Below are positions 35,023-45,411 of a DNA stretch of 64,000 bases, piece after piece (the stretch's first letter is position 1; each line of letters starts with the position of its first letter). This stretch comes from Bacteroidota bacterium (GTDB taxonomy: Bacteria; Bacteroidota; Bacteroidia; Flavobacteriales; Flavobacteriaceae), in assembly GCA_947466955.1 (NCBI GenBank), contig CANIFM010000001.1:1314-65313 (forward strand), read 5' to 3'. A program made the position numbers and the translations under genes. Below the pieces are notes generated by a model. It was not told the origin of the DNA, did not search any database, and saw nothing but the letters and a program-made list of their open reading frames with translations.

Positions 35023-36156
35023 TTAATATTTTACATATTCCGATATTTCTAAACCATAACCAATCATTCCAACACGCTTCATTTGTTCCGAATTGGATAT
35101 TAATCGGATGTTAGAAATGTCAATGTCGTGAAGTATCTGTGCGCCAATTCCAAAATCTTTAGCATCCATTTTAATGGAAGGCGCTTTCATTTCACCCTGC
35201 AATTGCAATGCTTTCAATTCACTAATGCGATTTAATAAATTATTTGATTGCAATTCTTGATTGATAAACAAAATCGCACCCTTGCCATTTGTATTTATCA
35301 AATTGAAAATATCATCTAAGTTTTTATCGGTATTGTTCGTTAAAGTACCCAAAACATCACTGTTCATCTGCGTTGAATTTATACGTGTCAAAATTGAATC
35401 TCCCAAATTCCAAGTCCCCTTTGACAACGCAATATGAACTTGCTTATTTGTAGTTTGAAGATAAGCTCTAAGCCTAAAAGTTCCGAAACGAGTCTCAACA
35501 TCAAAATCCTCTTTTTTAACAATCAAGCTGTCGTGAAGCATTCTATAAGCAACCAAATCTTCAATAGAAACTAATTTCAAATCAAATTTCTTAGCCACTT
35601 CCACTAATTGCGGCAAACGCGCCATAGTTCCATCTTCATTCATAATTTCTACAATTACTCCTGCCGATTTGAAACCTGCCAAACGAGCAAAATCTATCGC
35701 TGCTTCTGTATGTCCTGTTCTTCTTAAAACGCCTCCTTGCTTTGCTATCAATGGGAAAATATGTCCTGGACGTGCTAATTCGTGCGGTTTGGTTTCAGAA
35801 TCTACCAATGATAAAATTGTTTTCGCTCTGTCAGATGCGGAAATTCCGGTTGTTACTCCATTGCCACGCAAATCTACAGAAACCGTAAATGCCGTTTCCA
35901 TTGGATCGGTATTGTTATTTACCATTACGTGCAATCCTAATTCCTTACAACGGCTTTCGGTTAAAGGGGCGCAAATCAATCCTCGTCCGTGCGTAGCCAT
36001 AAAATTTATCATTTCTGGCGTTACTTTTTCGGCAGCAGCCAAGAAATCACCTTCGTTTTCCCGATCTTCATCATCAACCACAATAATGATTTTGCCTTGA
36101 CGAATATCCTCAATGGCTTCTTCTATTGTATTTAATTTGAATGTTGAAATTGACAT
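35023..36156 (-). CDS. ribB: 3,4-dihydroxy-2-butanone-4-phosphate synthase with degenerate GTP cyclohydrolase II domain
   Basis: DDEDRENEGD, FTVSVD, RPGHIFPL, RTGHTEA; C-terminal domain lacks the Zn cysteines. Confidence 0.92.
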   Translation of the reverse strand: MSISTFKLNTIEEAIEDIRQGKIIIVVDDEDRENEGDFLAAAEKVTPEMINFMATHGRGLICAPLTESRCKELGLHVMVNNNTDPMETAFTVSVDLRGNGVTTGISASDRAKTILSLVDSETKPHELARPGHIFPLIAKQGGVLRRTGHTEAAIDFARLAGFKSAGVIVEIMNEDGTMARLPQLVEVAKKFDLKLVSIEDLVAYRMLHDSLIVKKEDFDVETRFGTFRLRAYLQTTNKQVHIALSKGTWNLGDSILTRINSTQMNSDVLGTLTNNTDKNLDDIFNLINTNGKGAILFINQELQSNNLLNRISELKALQLQGEMKAPSIKMDAKDFGIGAQILHDIDISNIRLISNSEQMKRVGMIGYGLEISEYVKY

Positions 36157-36161
36157 TTGAT

Positions 36162-37592
36162 TTAATTTTGTGATGGAAATAATTTTTGAAATAATTTTTG
36201 AAAAGGCTGTAATATACTATCGATATTGATTAATCCAATGTCATTTGTAGCTCTGTAAGTTAATAATAGTGCCATTGGTGTCAAAATAATTGACGACATC
36301 CAGGATCCTAAAAATGGGGAAATACCATCTTCGTCTGCTAATCTTTTACCAAAAGTATTGATAAAGTTAAAGGTAATAAATATCAAAACTGCAAATACAA
36401 TTGGAAGTCCAATGCCCCCTTTTCTGATAATTGCTCCCAAAGGTGCTCCGATAAAAAACATCATCAAACAAGCAAATGCAACTACAAATTTATCATATAA
36501 AGCATTATAATGGCTGTTTATTATTTTTTGCTTATTAAGTAATTCGTCTTTTGAACTATCAATTGAAAAAATCGTACTCGCTACATTACTTGAAGCATAT
36601 TGAAGAATTTGAAGCTTTTCGTCGTCGCTTATAAGTGAAAGTAAATCCGCTTTTATAGTATCTTTTTTCAGCGGTAAAATAGCTTTATTAACATTCATTA
36701 TTCCCGTTCGCTGGTGAATATTTTCGGCAAATGAAACTAAATCACGATTGTAAATTTTATGCAAAGAATCTATCGTGTAATTCAATTCATTCATATTTAA
36801 CATCGTAGTGGTGTTGGTAATTTTTTGATCGTTTTGATCACCATTTAATATTGATAAATCCAAATTGATTACATCTTTTTTGAAGGAAGCTTTCGCAAAT
36901 GGAATTTTGTCACGATCTTCATATTTCTTTGGAATTAAATCTTCATAATAATAGCCATCATTCAATACCAATTTTAAGATATTGGAATTTTCATTACTAA
37001 TCAAATCGCCATCTTTAGCTTTAATAACGGTACGAACGCCATCGCCACGCAATGATTTTTTATGAATCGTAATTCCTGTAAGATGGTTTCCGTTTTCTCC
37101 CGATTTTTTATCAACCTTAATAGTATAATACCCAATTTCACTGAACTGACCTTCGGCAATTGCCATTGCTGGCTTTCTTTGTGCTATGTTTTTTCTGAAA
37201 TTGATGAATTTATATTCGGCATACGGAATTACATTATTGGCAAATACAAAAGCTAATACACTCAGAAATAATATGAATATTGTTAAACTTTTCATTGCCC
37301 GTTGCAACGATATTCCAGCCGATTTCATTGCTGCAAATTCATAGTTTTCAGCCAAATTTCCAAATGTCATTATCGAAGCCAACAAAACCGAAAGTGGCAA
37401 TACCAATGGAATAATTCGCGGCATTCCAAAAAGTAAGAATTTGACAATCAGCATCAAATCCAAATCGCGACCCGCTAAATCATAGATAAAAAGCCAAATC
37501 GTTTGAAGGATGAATATAAAAAACAAAATTACAAATACCGTAGTAAATGTAATTGTGAAAGTTTTTAGAATGTATTTGTCAAGAATCTTCAA
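36162..37592 (-). CDS. LptF/LptG family LPS export permease
   Basis: KILDKYI, LAENYEFAAMKSAGISL, IGAPLG..IRKGG. Confidence 0.9.
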   Translation of the reverse strand: MKILDKYILKTFTITFTTVFVILFFIFILQTIWLFIYDLAGRDLDLMLIVKFLLFGMPRIIPLVLPLSVLLASIMTFGNLAENYEFAAMKSAGISLQRAMKSLTIFILFLSVLAFVFANNVIPYAEYKFINFRKNIAQRKPAMAIAEGQFSEIGYYTIKVDKKSGENGNHLTGITIHKKSLRGDGVRTVIKAKDGDLISNENSNILKLVLNDGYYYEDLIPKKYEDRDKIPFAKASFKKDVINLDLSILNGDQNDQKITNTTTMLNMNELNYTIDSLHKIYNRDLVSFAENIHQRTGIMNVNKAILPLKKDTIKADLLSLISDDEKLQILQYASSNVASTIFSIDSSKDELLNKQKIINSHYNALYDKFVVAFACLMMFFIGAPLGAIIRKGGIGLPIVFAVLIFITFNFINTFGKRLADEDGISPFLGSWMSSIILTPMALLLTYRATNDIGLINIDSILQPFQKLFQKLFPSQN

Positions 37593-37593
37593 A

Positions 37594-38274
37594 TTAATCT
37601 AATTTATTGATGTAGTATTTTGGGTACTTACTTGCGTCAAAGATAAATTGATTCTTTGATAACGGTTGGTTGGTTTTGAAAGAATTAACAGTCAAAGTCG
37701 TTTTGGTTCCATTCTTTCCAACCTCAATTAAATTATAGATGTTTTTGGTTTGAATATCAATTCCTAAAAGGATTTCTTTGCGTTGGTCTTTAGAACTATT
37801 GGGCGTCAATTTAATATATTGAATTTTGCGACCTTTAACATTCTGCAAAATATCCCAATTGAACTTGTATCCTGTATTGAAAAATGTAAGCATTTTTGAA
37901 GGTGTAATGGCATTATCGTCTTTCTCATTCAACTTAGAAATCGAAACTTCTTCGTCTTCAGGGTTGATAGTAAAAGTCTTTTTTCCGTCAAACATTTTCG
38001 TTACACCCATTAAATTCAATACATACATATTGCCTTTCATCGTTACATTTCCCTTACTTTCCTGATTGATATTCTCTTTTAAATTATTTAAAGAATATTT
38101 AAAATCAATGATAATATTGTCATATCCTTTGATTTTTGAGGTCACTACGTCTAACAATGCTTTCGCTTTTTTGTCTTGCGATTGAACACCAAAAGGAAGT
38201 AGCATTACAATTGCCAAAAGCATAAAACACGTTTTAAATTGCACTGTTTTTATTGGAAATAAATTAATTTTCAT
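37594..38274 (-). CDS. LolA-like lipoprotein carrier protein
   Basis: Signal peptide, FDGKK.FTINPEDEEV; located after ftsK. Confidence 0.8.
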   Translation of the reverse strand: MKINLFPIKTVQFKTCFMLLAIVMLLPFGVQSQDKKAKALLDVVTSKIKGYDNIIIDFKYSLNNLKENINQESKGNVTMKGNMYVLNLMGVTKMFDGKKTFTINPEDEEVSISKLNEKDDNAITPSKMLTFFNTGYKFNWDILQNVKGRKIQYIKLTPNSSKDQRKEILLGIDIQTKNIYNLIEVGKNGTKTTLTVNSFKTNQPLSKNQFIFDASKYPKYYINKLD

Positions 38275-38282
38275 TTTAGGAT

Positions 38283-40730
38283 TTAGTTTTGTTCATTACT
38301 GAAAAATTGATCGAGAGCGGCCAAATCTAAAATGTTTACGTTTCGTGCTTTACTACCTTCAAACGGACCAACAATTCCCGCCGCTTCCAACTGATCTATT
38401 AATCTTCCTGCGCGGTTATAGCCTAATTTGAGTTTTCTTTGCAACAGCGATGCAGAACCTTGCTGTGCTGTAACAATGATTTCGGCAGCTTCTCTAAATA
38501 AGGAATCTCTCTCGGAAATATCCATATCAAGATTAATGCCACTTTCATCGCCTACAAATTCTGGAAGCAAATAGGCATCTGGATAGGCTTTTTGTGAACC
38601 AATAAATTCGGTGATTTTTTCAACTTCTGGCGTGTCAATAAATGCACATTGCACTCGCACAATATCGTTTCCATTCGTATATAACATATCGCCTCGTCCA
38701 ATCAATTGATCGGCTCCTTGTGTATCTAAAATAGTTCGAGAATCAATTTTTGAAGTTACTCTAAACGCTATTCTCGCTGGGAAATTCGCTTTTATCAAAC
38801 CTGTAATTACGTTTACTGAAGGTCGTTGCGTTGCAATAATCAAGTGAATTCCAATGGCTCTTGCCAACTGTGCCAATCTCGCAATCGGTGTTTCAACTTC
38901 TTTTCCAGCGGTCATAATCAAATCGGCAAATTCATCAACAACCAATACAATATAAGGTAAAAAACGATGTCCATTTTCAGGATTTAATTTACGTGCTTTG
39001 AATTTATCATTGTATTCCTTGATATTTCGAACCATCGCATCTTTCAATAAAGAATATCGGTTGTCCATTTCCACACAAAGAGAATTTAACGTATTGACTA
39101 CCTTTGCATTATCAGTGATAATTGCATCACCAGAATCGGGTAATTTAGCCAAATAATGTCTTTCTATTTTATTGAAAAGCGTTAATTCCACTTTCTTTGG
39201 GTCTACCAAAACGAATTTTACTTCCGCGGGGTGTTTCTTGTATAATAAAGAGGTTAAAACCGCATTCAAACCAACAGATTTCCCTTGACCTGTAGCTCCA
39301 GCCATCAATAAATGGGGCATTTTAGCCAAATCAACTACAAATGTTTCATTAGAAATTGTTTTCCCCAAAGCAATTGGCAATTCCATTTCGGCCTCTTGAA
39401 AACGTGCCGAACCAATGACACTTTTCATAGAAACCATCGTCGGATTCTTGTTTGGAACCTCAATTCCAATAGTTCCTTTTCCAGGAATTGGTGCAATAAT
39501 ACGGATTCCTAAAGCCGATAATGACAACGCAATATCGTCTTCCAAACTCTTGATTTTTGAAATACGAATTCCAGCTTCTGGCACAATTTCATACAACGTA
39601 ACCGAAGGACCAACCGTTGCTTTTATTTGTGCAATCTCAATTTTATAATTGCGAAGTGTTTCTAAAATTCGATTTTTATTTTCTTCTAATTCTTCCTGAT
39701 TGATAGTAATTCCGCCAGATGAATATTCTTTTAACAAATCTAATGTTGGGAATTTATAGTTTGATAAATCTAATGTTGGATCAAATAATCCAAAGTCAGC
39801 CACCAATCGAGACGCTAAATTTTCCTCTACAATATCTTCTTCGTGTGCTTTTTCAATAACAAACTCACTTTCAATTTCAGAAACTTCTTCAGAAATAACT
39901 TCTGGTTCTTGAGAAGGCGTAATCGAAAATAGAGGGGATTTCAAAACAGGATCCATATTAATTTCCGAAGCACTGCTAATAGTAGGTTTCAACGCTTCTT
40001 TATTAATTTCAAATTGTGAAGCCGGCTTCAAAATTGGTTCTTCAATTTCCTCTTCTTCCGAAACTGCAAATTCTTCCAAATTATACAAACCTTCAGAAAC
40101 TGGGCGGTTCACAGGTGTTAATTCCGTATCGATTTCATTTTTAGTTCTTTCAAAAAATGATTTTATCGCATCAGGCGATATTTTTATTTTGAATATCAAA
40201 TAGATAATTATTCCTAATAATAATACCAAAAGCGTTCCCGATTTTCCAATATAAGCTTGGGAAAACAAGTTCATTTCATAACCAATTGTTCCGCCTAATT
40301 CTGGTAAGGATGTTGCGAAAAATCCAAGTAAAATGGAAATAATTACTATTGCAAATAAATCCCAAAACCATACATTTTTCATTTTTTTCAATGAAATATC
40401 CATCACTAAGAAAGCTCCTGTCAAGAAAAATAATTTTACAAACAAGAAAGAAGCGGCACCAAAACCTCTGTATATGAACAAATCTGCTAAAAAAGCGCCA
40501 AATTTACCCAACCAGTTATTTACAGTTTTAGAACGATTTGCCAATTCAGAAACGGCACTTTGATCTTCTTGACCGTGAATGAAAAAAGATATAAATGCCA
40601 ATAGCAAAGCCACAGAAAATAATATCAATATAAATCCGAATAAGATTTTATATTGTCTTCCTAATTTCCAAGGTTTTTTATCCTCAGAATTAGCTTCTTT
40701 TTTATCTGTTGTAAGTGTCTTTTTTGCCAT
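38283..40730 (-). CDS. ftsK: DNA translocase FtsK
   Basis: N-terminal TMs, PHLLMAGATGQGKS, VVDEFADL, ATQRPS, gamma domain LQRKLKLGYNRAGRL. Confidence 0.96.
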   Translation of the reverse strand: MAKKTLTTDKKEANSEDKKPWKLGRQYKILFGFILILFSVALLLAFISFFIHGQEDQSAVSELANRSKTVNNWLGKFGAFLADLFIYRGFGAASFLFVKLFFLTGAFLVMDISLKKMKNVWFWDLFAIVIISILLGFFATSLPELGGTIGYEMNLFSQAYIGKSGTLLVLLLGIIIYLIFKIKISPDAIKSFFERTKNEIDTELTPVNRPVSEGLYNLEEFAVSEEEEIEEPILKPASQFEINKEALKPTISSASEINMDPVLKSPLFSITPSQEPEVISEEVSEIESEFVIEKAHEEDIVEENLASRLVADFGLFDPTLDLSNYKFPTLDLLKEYSSGGITINQEELEENKNRILETLRNYKIEIAQIKATVGPSVTLYEIVPEAGIRISKIKSLEDDIALSLSALGIRIIAPIPGKGTIGIEVPNKNPTMVSMKSVIGSARFQEAEMELPIALGKTISNETFVVDLAKMPHLLMAGATGQGKSVGLNAVLTSLLYKKHPAEVKFVLVDPKKVELTLFNKIERHYLAKLPDSGDAIITDNAKVVNTLNSLCVEMDNRYSLLKDAMVRNIKEYNDKFKARKLNPENGHRFLPYIVLVVDEFADLIMTAGKEVETPIARLAQLARAIGIHLIIATQRPSVNVITGLIKANFPARIAFRVTSKIDSRTILDTQGADQLIGRGDMLYTNGNDIVRVQCAFIDTPEVEKITEFIGSQKAYPDAYLLPEFVGDESGINLDMDISERDSLFREAAEIIVTAQQGSASLLQRKLKLGYNRAGRLIDQLEAAGIVGPFEGSKARNVNILDLAALDQFFSNEQN

Positions 40731-40770
40731 TCTTGATTGTGCTAATTTCTATTAAAACAAAGAATTCTAT

Positions 40771-41145
40771 TTATATAAATTTAGGTAAATAAATCATCAA
40801 ACCGATTGCAATTGCTGTCATTGCTGCAAAAAATACTGCTCCAGCCGCAATGTCTTTTATAAAACCAATTTTTTGGTGAAACTCAGGATGAATAAAATCA
40901 GCTACTTTTTCTACTGCAGTATTCAACCCTTCAATGCTCAAAACCAAGCCAATTGCTAGCGTTTGAAACATCCATTCCTCGTGAGAAATATTAAAATAAA
41001 AACCCGCAATAATCAAACCAACCGCCAATGATGATTGCACCATTATACTGTGTTCGGTTGTTATCAATTTGATAGCGCCTTTCAACGCAAATCCCATGCT
41101 TTTAAATCTTCCTGTAAAAAACGTATTGTCTTTTTGAAATTCCAT
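40771..41145 (-). CDS. dgkA: Diacylglycerol/undecaprenol kinase family
   Basis: EGLNTAVEKVAD, KDIAAGAV. Confidence 0.88.
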   Translation of the reverse strand: MEFQKDNTFFTGRFKSMGFALKGAIKLITTEHSIMVQSSLAVGLIIAGFYFNISHEEWMFQTLAIGLVLSIEGLNTAVEKVADFIHPEFHQKIGFIKDIAAGAVFFAAMTAIAIGLMIYLPKFI

Positions 41146-41153
41146 AATCGATA

Positions 41154-41651
41154 TTAAAGTGCTGCCAAAGCCGCATCATAATTAGGTTCGTTGGCAATTT
41201 CCCCAACTTGTTCCGTGTGTGAAATCACTCCATTTTCATCAATAACGATGATAACTCTTGAATGTAAACCCGCCAAAACGCTATCAGAAATTTCCAAACC
41301 GTAGTCTTTTCCAAAAGCACCTGTATTAAAATCCGAAAGATTAATTACGTTTTCAAGTCCTTCAGCACCACAAAAACGACTTTGTGCAAACGTCAAATCT
41401 CTTGAAATGCACAACACTTTTGTATTTGCCAAAGCACTCGCTTTTTCGTTGAATTTTCTAACCGAAGTCGCGCAAGTTCCTGTATCAATGCTTGGAAAAA
41501 TATTCAAAACCAATTTGCTTCCTGCAAAATCTGCCAAGGTAGCTATTGATAAATCGCCTTTAACCAATTTAAAATCGATTGCTTTTGAACCTACTTTTGG
41601 TAACTCACCGCTTGTGTTTATTGGATTTCCTCCTAATGTTATTGCTGCCAT
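41154..41651 (-). CDS. tpx: Thiol peroxidase
   Basis: FPSIDTGTCA, ISRDLTFAQSRFC, EPNYD. Confidence 0.95.
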   Translation of the reverse strand: MAAITLGGNPINTSGELPKVGSKAIDFKLVKGDLSIATLADFAGSKLVLNIFPSIDTGTCATSVRKFNEKASALANTKVLCISRDLTFAQSRFCGAEGLENVINLSDFNTGAFGKDYGLEISDSVLAGLHSRVIIVIDENGVISHTEQVGEIANEPNYDAALAAL

Positions 41652-41926
41652 TTTTGCTATTTTTTTTTAAGCATCAAAAGTAAGCAATTATATTGGGAAT
41701 AAAAAAATTGCCCTTACTATTGCGTTCCCGAAACATTTTATTGTTTTTTTTATTTGGCTGCGCCCTCGTTTAGAACGTCATTGTTATGAATGACGAAATC
41801 CGTAAATGGATATACTAATTTAGCTTGTATTTGAAGTTTAGAGAAAAAATTTGATTTAACAAATGAAATGATACGAGAAAGTAAAATTTACTATTTAGCT
41901 ATTAATTATAAGCTTTGAGATTATAA

Positions 41927-42094
41927 TTTGAGGTTTTTAGCTTGAATTTTGATACTAATAGCTCGAAATTCCGAGCTTTTAACTTGAAATTTCGATTTTT
42001 TAACCTGAAATTTGAGGTTATTAACTTGAAATATCAAGCAAAAGCCTCAAAATTGGTGCTTTGAACTCCAATTTTCAGGCTTTTAACCTGAAAT
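41927..42094. repeat. Degenerate ~21-bp tandem repeats
   Basis: About 8 units like TTTGAGGTTATTAACTTGAAA / TTTCAGGCTTTTAACCTGAAA. Confidence 0.5.
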
Positions 42095-42272
42095 CCATTC
42101 AACCTTCATTATATAAAGGTTTGATTGGATTTTAGATTACTCTGACGTCAAACTTGACGTTCGGTTTCCCATAACAGATCTGGGTAAAATCTATGCTATC
42201 CGTTATGGAACATATCAGAACTGTTTGGGTATTTGTGTCTTAATCTAACAGGAAAGTTAATTGATATGTTAT

Positions 42273-43268
42273 CTATTTTTTTATCAAGCGAAATGATTCG
42301 ATTTTTTCGCCCTGCTTAACAATAATATTGTAGATTCCAATCGGATAATTGCTTCCCATTTCTATAAAGTTGTTATCGGTGCTGGCAACATTTCTGGTTT
42401 CGATAGCTCTCCCCATCATATCATAAGTTATTATTTGTAGTGCATTATCAAACAGAAACGAATTAATATTGATTCTGAAGCTACCTGAAAAAGGGTTAGG
42501 GGCATAGTCAACAAGGGTCTGATTACTTAATTCTTCAATAGCAAGAGCGCAAGAAGTACTATAACTTGCAGTAATATCCTTACTCCAGTCAACATAACTA
42601 TTGGCGTTAGCAACATTATCCACTTTAATGCAGGAAAGAGAAGAGTTTGCAGTTGCATCAAATATAGAAAGTATATCATTATGCCCGTTTTGTATATTCA
42701 GGCTAGTCAAAGCATTATCATGACAATCCAAATATTGCAACAATGGATTACTACTTAGATTTAATGCGGTAATAGTGTTGCCATAACAATACAGATACGA
42801 TAACGATGCGTTAGTACTTACATTGATTCCCGTCAAGGCATTAGCAGAGCAGTAAATTGCGGTTAATGCAGGGCATCCCGTTACCGTTATGCTTGTTAAA
42901 TTGTTATTGGTACAGGATAATGTAGTTAAAGCAGCACATCCGCTGACATTTAATGAAGATAAATTATTAACGCTGCAGTTCAGTAATGTAATGTGGGTAA
43001 AAGCTTGAATACCTGTTAAATCTGAAATATTTGAACCTCCTATCATAATTGTGCCAGTGTAAGCTGCTGCTTCGGCAACCGTAATGTTGGTAGTGCTGGT
43101 AGGGTGTGGCACATGTGACAAAACCCAATTTTTAAAAGTAGTATTTGGGATACTTACATTTTGCGCACTTAAATTGCTAATGCCAATAATAGTTAAAAGA
43201 AATGCCAATAGCATTGTTGGTTTCGCAGTATTAATAAACCCTTTACAAGTAGTTTTTCTATTTTTCAT
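42273..43268 (-). CDS. T9SS type A sorting-domain LRR protein
   Basis: Signal peptide, DLTGIQAF + LxCxxNxLxxL repeats, CTD APNPF...GIYNII...LIKK; start at ATG 43268. Confidence 0.85.
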   Translation of the reverse strand: MKNRKTTCKGFINTAKPTMLLAFLLTIIGISNLSAQNVSIPNTTFKNWVLSHVPHPTSTTNITVAEAAAYTGTIMIGGSNISDLTGIQAFTHITLLNCSVNNLSSLNVSGCAALTTLSCTNNNLTSITVTGCPALTAIYCSANALTGINVSTNASLSYLYCYGNTITALNLSSNPLLQYLDCHDNALTSLNIQNGHNDILSIFDATANSSLSCIKVDNVANANSYVDWSKDITASYSTSCALAIEELSNQTLVDYAPNPFSGSFRININSFLFDNALQIITYDMMGRAIETRNVASTDNNFIEMGSNYPIGIYNIIVKQGEKIESFRLIKK

Positions 43269-43436
43269 TTTATTTTTTTTGCAAAAGTAATATAAAAATA
43301 CACACAAATAATTATCGCACAACTATTTATATTATTACCCAGTTTATATTAGTCCTGCTGTGTAATGTCAAACATTGCTTGGATATATAGAAAATCATCT
43401 AAATTAATACAATTAGCATTACTACTAACCACTTTT

Positions 43437-44114
43437 TTATTTTGTTACTTCACTTGCTTTTGCAAACCAATAATCTGATAATTTATCATAGTCAATTGGT
43501 GTTGCAGGAGCTTGTTTTACCAATCTTCCGCTGTTGAAGGCGCGTTCTAAGATGGTTTCTATGAGGTAATCTTCGTTGACTTCGTAGGGTGCGTAACCCG
43601 TTTTTAGGCTAATATCAAATAATCTGGCGGCGGTGTTTGACCAAAATGCTTTCCAGCCGCTTTTGTGTTCTTTTATTAAATCGAAGGTGGTTTGACCAGT
43701 TTGACGGTAGATTAATTTCACGAGAATTTGCCCTTGTTTGCGAGATAATTTTTTGAGTTTATCGGTAAATTCATTCTCGATATAGTCTTCTACGATTTTG
43801 AAATACTTCCTTTTATCTCTGTTTGTTTTGAGAATTGCCATATTTTTATTCAAGCCTGTCAATCTTTCGGAAGCAATTTTTGCAAATGGATATACTTTGT
43901 AAACCCGGTTTTGAAGAATCAAAAATTGTTTTTTGCTTTCAGGATCGAGTTTGTATTTGTGAATTACAACTTCTTCCAAAAGGATTGGATCTTTGAGAAT
44001 AGTGTCGTTTTCTTCGCTAAATTGTTGCACTTTCAGCGTGTCTAATTTTACTACTTGAGCAAAAGAACTTAAAGAAAGTAGGAGGCAAAAAATTATATAG
44101 TGGACTATTTTCAT
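43437..44114 (-). CDS. DUF4294 family protein
   Basis: VYKVYPFAK, LKKLSRKQGQILVKLIYRQTG, WKAFW. Confidence 0.8.
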   Translation of the reverse strand: MKIVHYIIFCLLLSLSSFAQVVKLDTLKVQQFSEENDTILKDPILLEEVVIHKYKLDPESKKQFLILQNRVYKVYPFAKIASERLTGLNKNMAILKTNRDKRKYFKIVEDYIENEFTDKLKKLSRKQGQILVKLIYRQTGQTTFDLIKEHKSGWKAFWSNTAARLFDISLKTGYAPYEVNEDYLIETILERAFNSGRLVKQAPATPIDYDKLSDYWFAKASEVTK

Positions 44115-44199
44115 TTGAAACGTTATTTATTTGTCAAAAATATACTTTATATATAACAAGTGTGATGCCAAATTTATAAATTAGCGAAAAAAATATTTT

Positions 44200-45288
44200 A
44201 TGAGTGCAAAATCGATATTGAAAGACACGTCAATTGCTTTTTTAGAGCAGTATTTAAATAATGCTTCACCAACAGGTTTTGAAGCAGAAGGACAAAAGAT
44301 TTGGATGGATTATTTGAAACCCTACGTGGATACTTTTATTACGGACACCTACGGGACTGCTGTGGGAGTTATCAATCCTGACGCGCCATACAAGGTGGTT
44401 ATTGAAGGTCATTCGGATGAAATTTCTTGGTATGTGAATTATATTACCGAAGACGGATTGATTTATGTTATCAGAAATGGAGGTTCAGATCATCAAATTG
44501 CACCTTCAAAAATTGTTAATATTCACACTAAAAACGGAATTGTAAAAGGCGTTTTTGGTTGGCCAGCCATTCATACTCGCAATCGAGACAAAGAGGAAAA
44601 TCCAAAAATAAGCAACCTATTTATTGATACTGGTTGCGATAATAAAGCGGCTGTTGAAAAAATGGGAATTCACGTGGGTTGCGTAATTACGTATCCTGAT
44701 GAGTTTATGATTATGAACGAAAATAAATTCGTTTGCCGTGCAATTGACAACAGAATGGGCGGTTTTATGATTGCCGAAGTCGCTCGTTTGCTTCACGAAA
44801 ACAAAGTGAAATTGCCTTTTGGATTGTACATCACCAATTCTGTTCAAGAGGAAGTTGGTTTGCGTGGTGCTGAAATGATTACGAAAACTATCAAACCAAA
44901 CGTTGCAATTGTAACTGATGTTTGCCACGATACCTCAACGCCAATGATTGATATGAAAATTGAAGGTGAGATTAAAATTGGGAAAGGTCCCGTTATTACG
45001 TATGCGCCGGCAGTCCAAAATAATTTAAGAGAATTGATTTTAGATGCTGCTTTGGCAAATGAAATTCCGTTTCAAAGATTGGCATCGTCACGAGTTACAG
45101 GTACTGATACCGATGCTTTTGCGTATAGCAATGGTGGAGTTGCGTCGGCATTAATTTCACTTCCTTTGCGATACATGCATACCACTGTGGAAATGGTGCA
45201 TCGTGAAGACGTTGAAAATGTGATTAAATTGATTTACGAGAGTTTACTGAAAATCGAAAATAACGAATCATTTTCCTATTTTAAATAG
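44200..45288 (+). CDS. M42 family metallopeptidase
   Basis: GHSDEI, RAIDNRMG, VQEEVGLRGA, GTDTD, RYMHT. Confidence 0.92.
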   Translation: MSAKSILKDTSIAFLEQYLNNASPTGFEAEGQKIWMDYLKPYVDTFITDTYGTAVGVINPDAPYKVVIEGHSDEISWYVNYITEDGLIYVIRNGGSDHQIAPSKIVNIHTKNGIVKGVFGWPAIHTRNRDKEENPKISNLFIDTGCDNKAAVEKMGIHVGCVITYPDEFMIMNENKFVCRAIDNRMGGFMIAEVARLLHENKVKLPFGLYITNSVQEEVGLRGAEMITKTIKPNVAIVTDVCHDTSTPMIDMKIEGEIKIGKGPVITYAPAVQNNLRELILDAALANEIPFQRLASSRVTGTDTDAFAYSNGGVASALISLPLRYMHTTVEMVHREDVENVIKLIYESLLKIENNESFSYFK

Positions 45289-45310
45289 AATTTTAATCGT
45301 TTTTAAAGTA

Positions 45311-45391
45311 AAAAAAGGGCAAACTGAAATCGGTTTGCCCTTTTCATTTTGAATATACTCATAAAAAAAGCCGTTCTTTCGAACGGCTTTT
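45311..45391. terminator. Two hairpin terminators between convergent genes
   Basis: AAAAGGGCAAAC..GTTTGCCCTTTT and AAAAGCCGTTC..GAACGGCTTTT. Confidence 0.75.
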
Positions 45392-45411
45392 CTCTATAAA
45401 AATAAATAAAA

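Noticed and set aside
35023-36156. Degenerate GTP cyclohydrolase II domain as a novelty
   Set aside because: RibB fused to an inactive GCHII-like domain (RibBX type) is already known.
42147-42158. GTCA-AACT-TGAC as an operator copy in the core region
   Set aside because: Spacer is 4 nt, not 5, and there is no TAnnTTTG 12 nt away.
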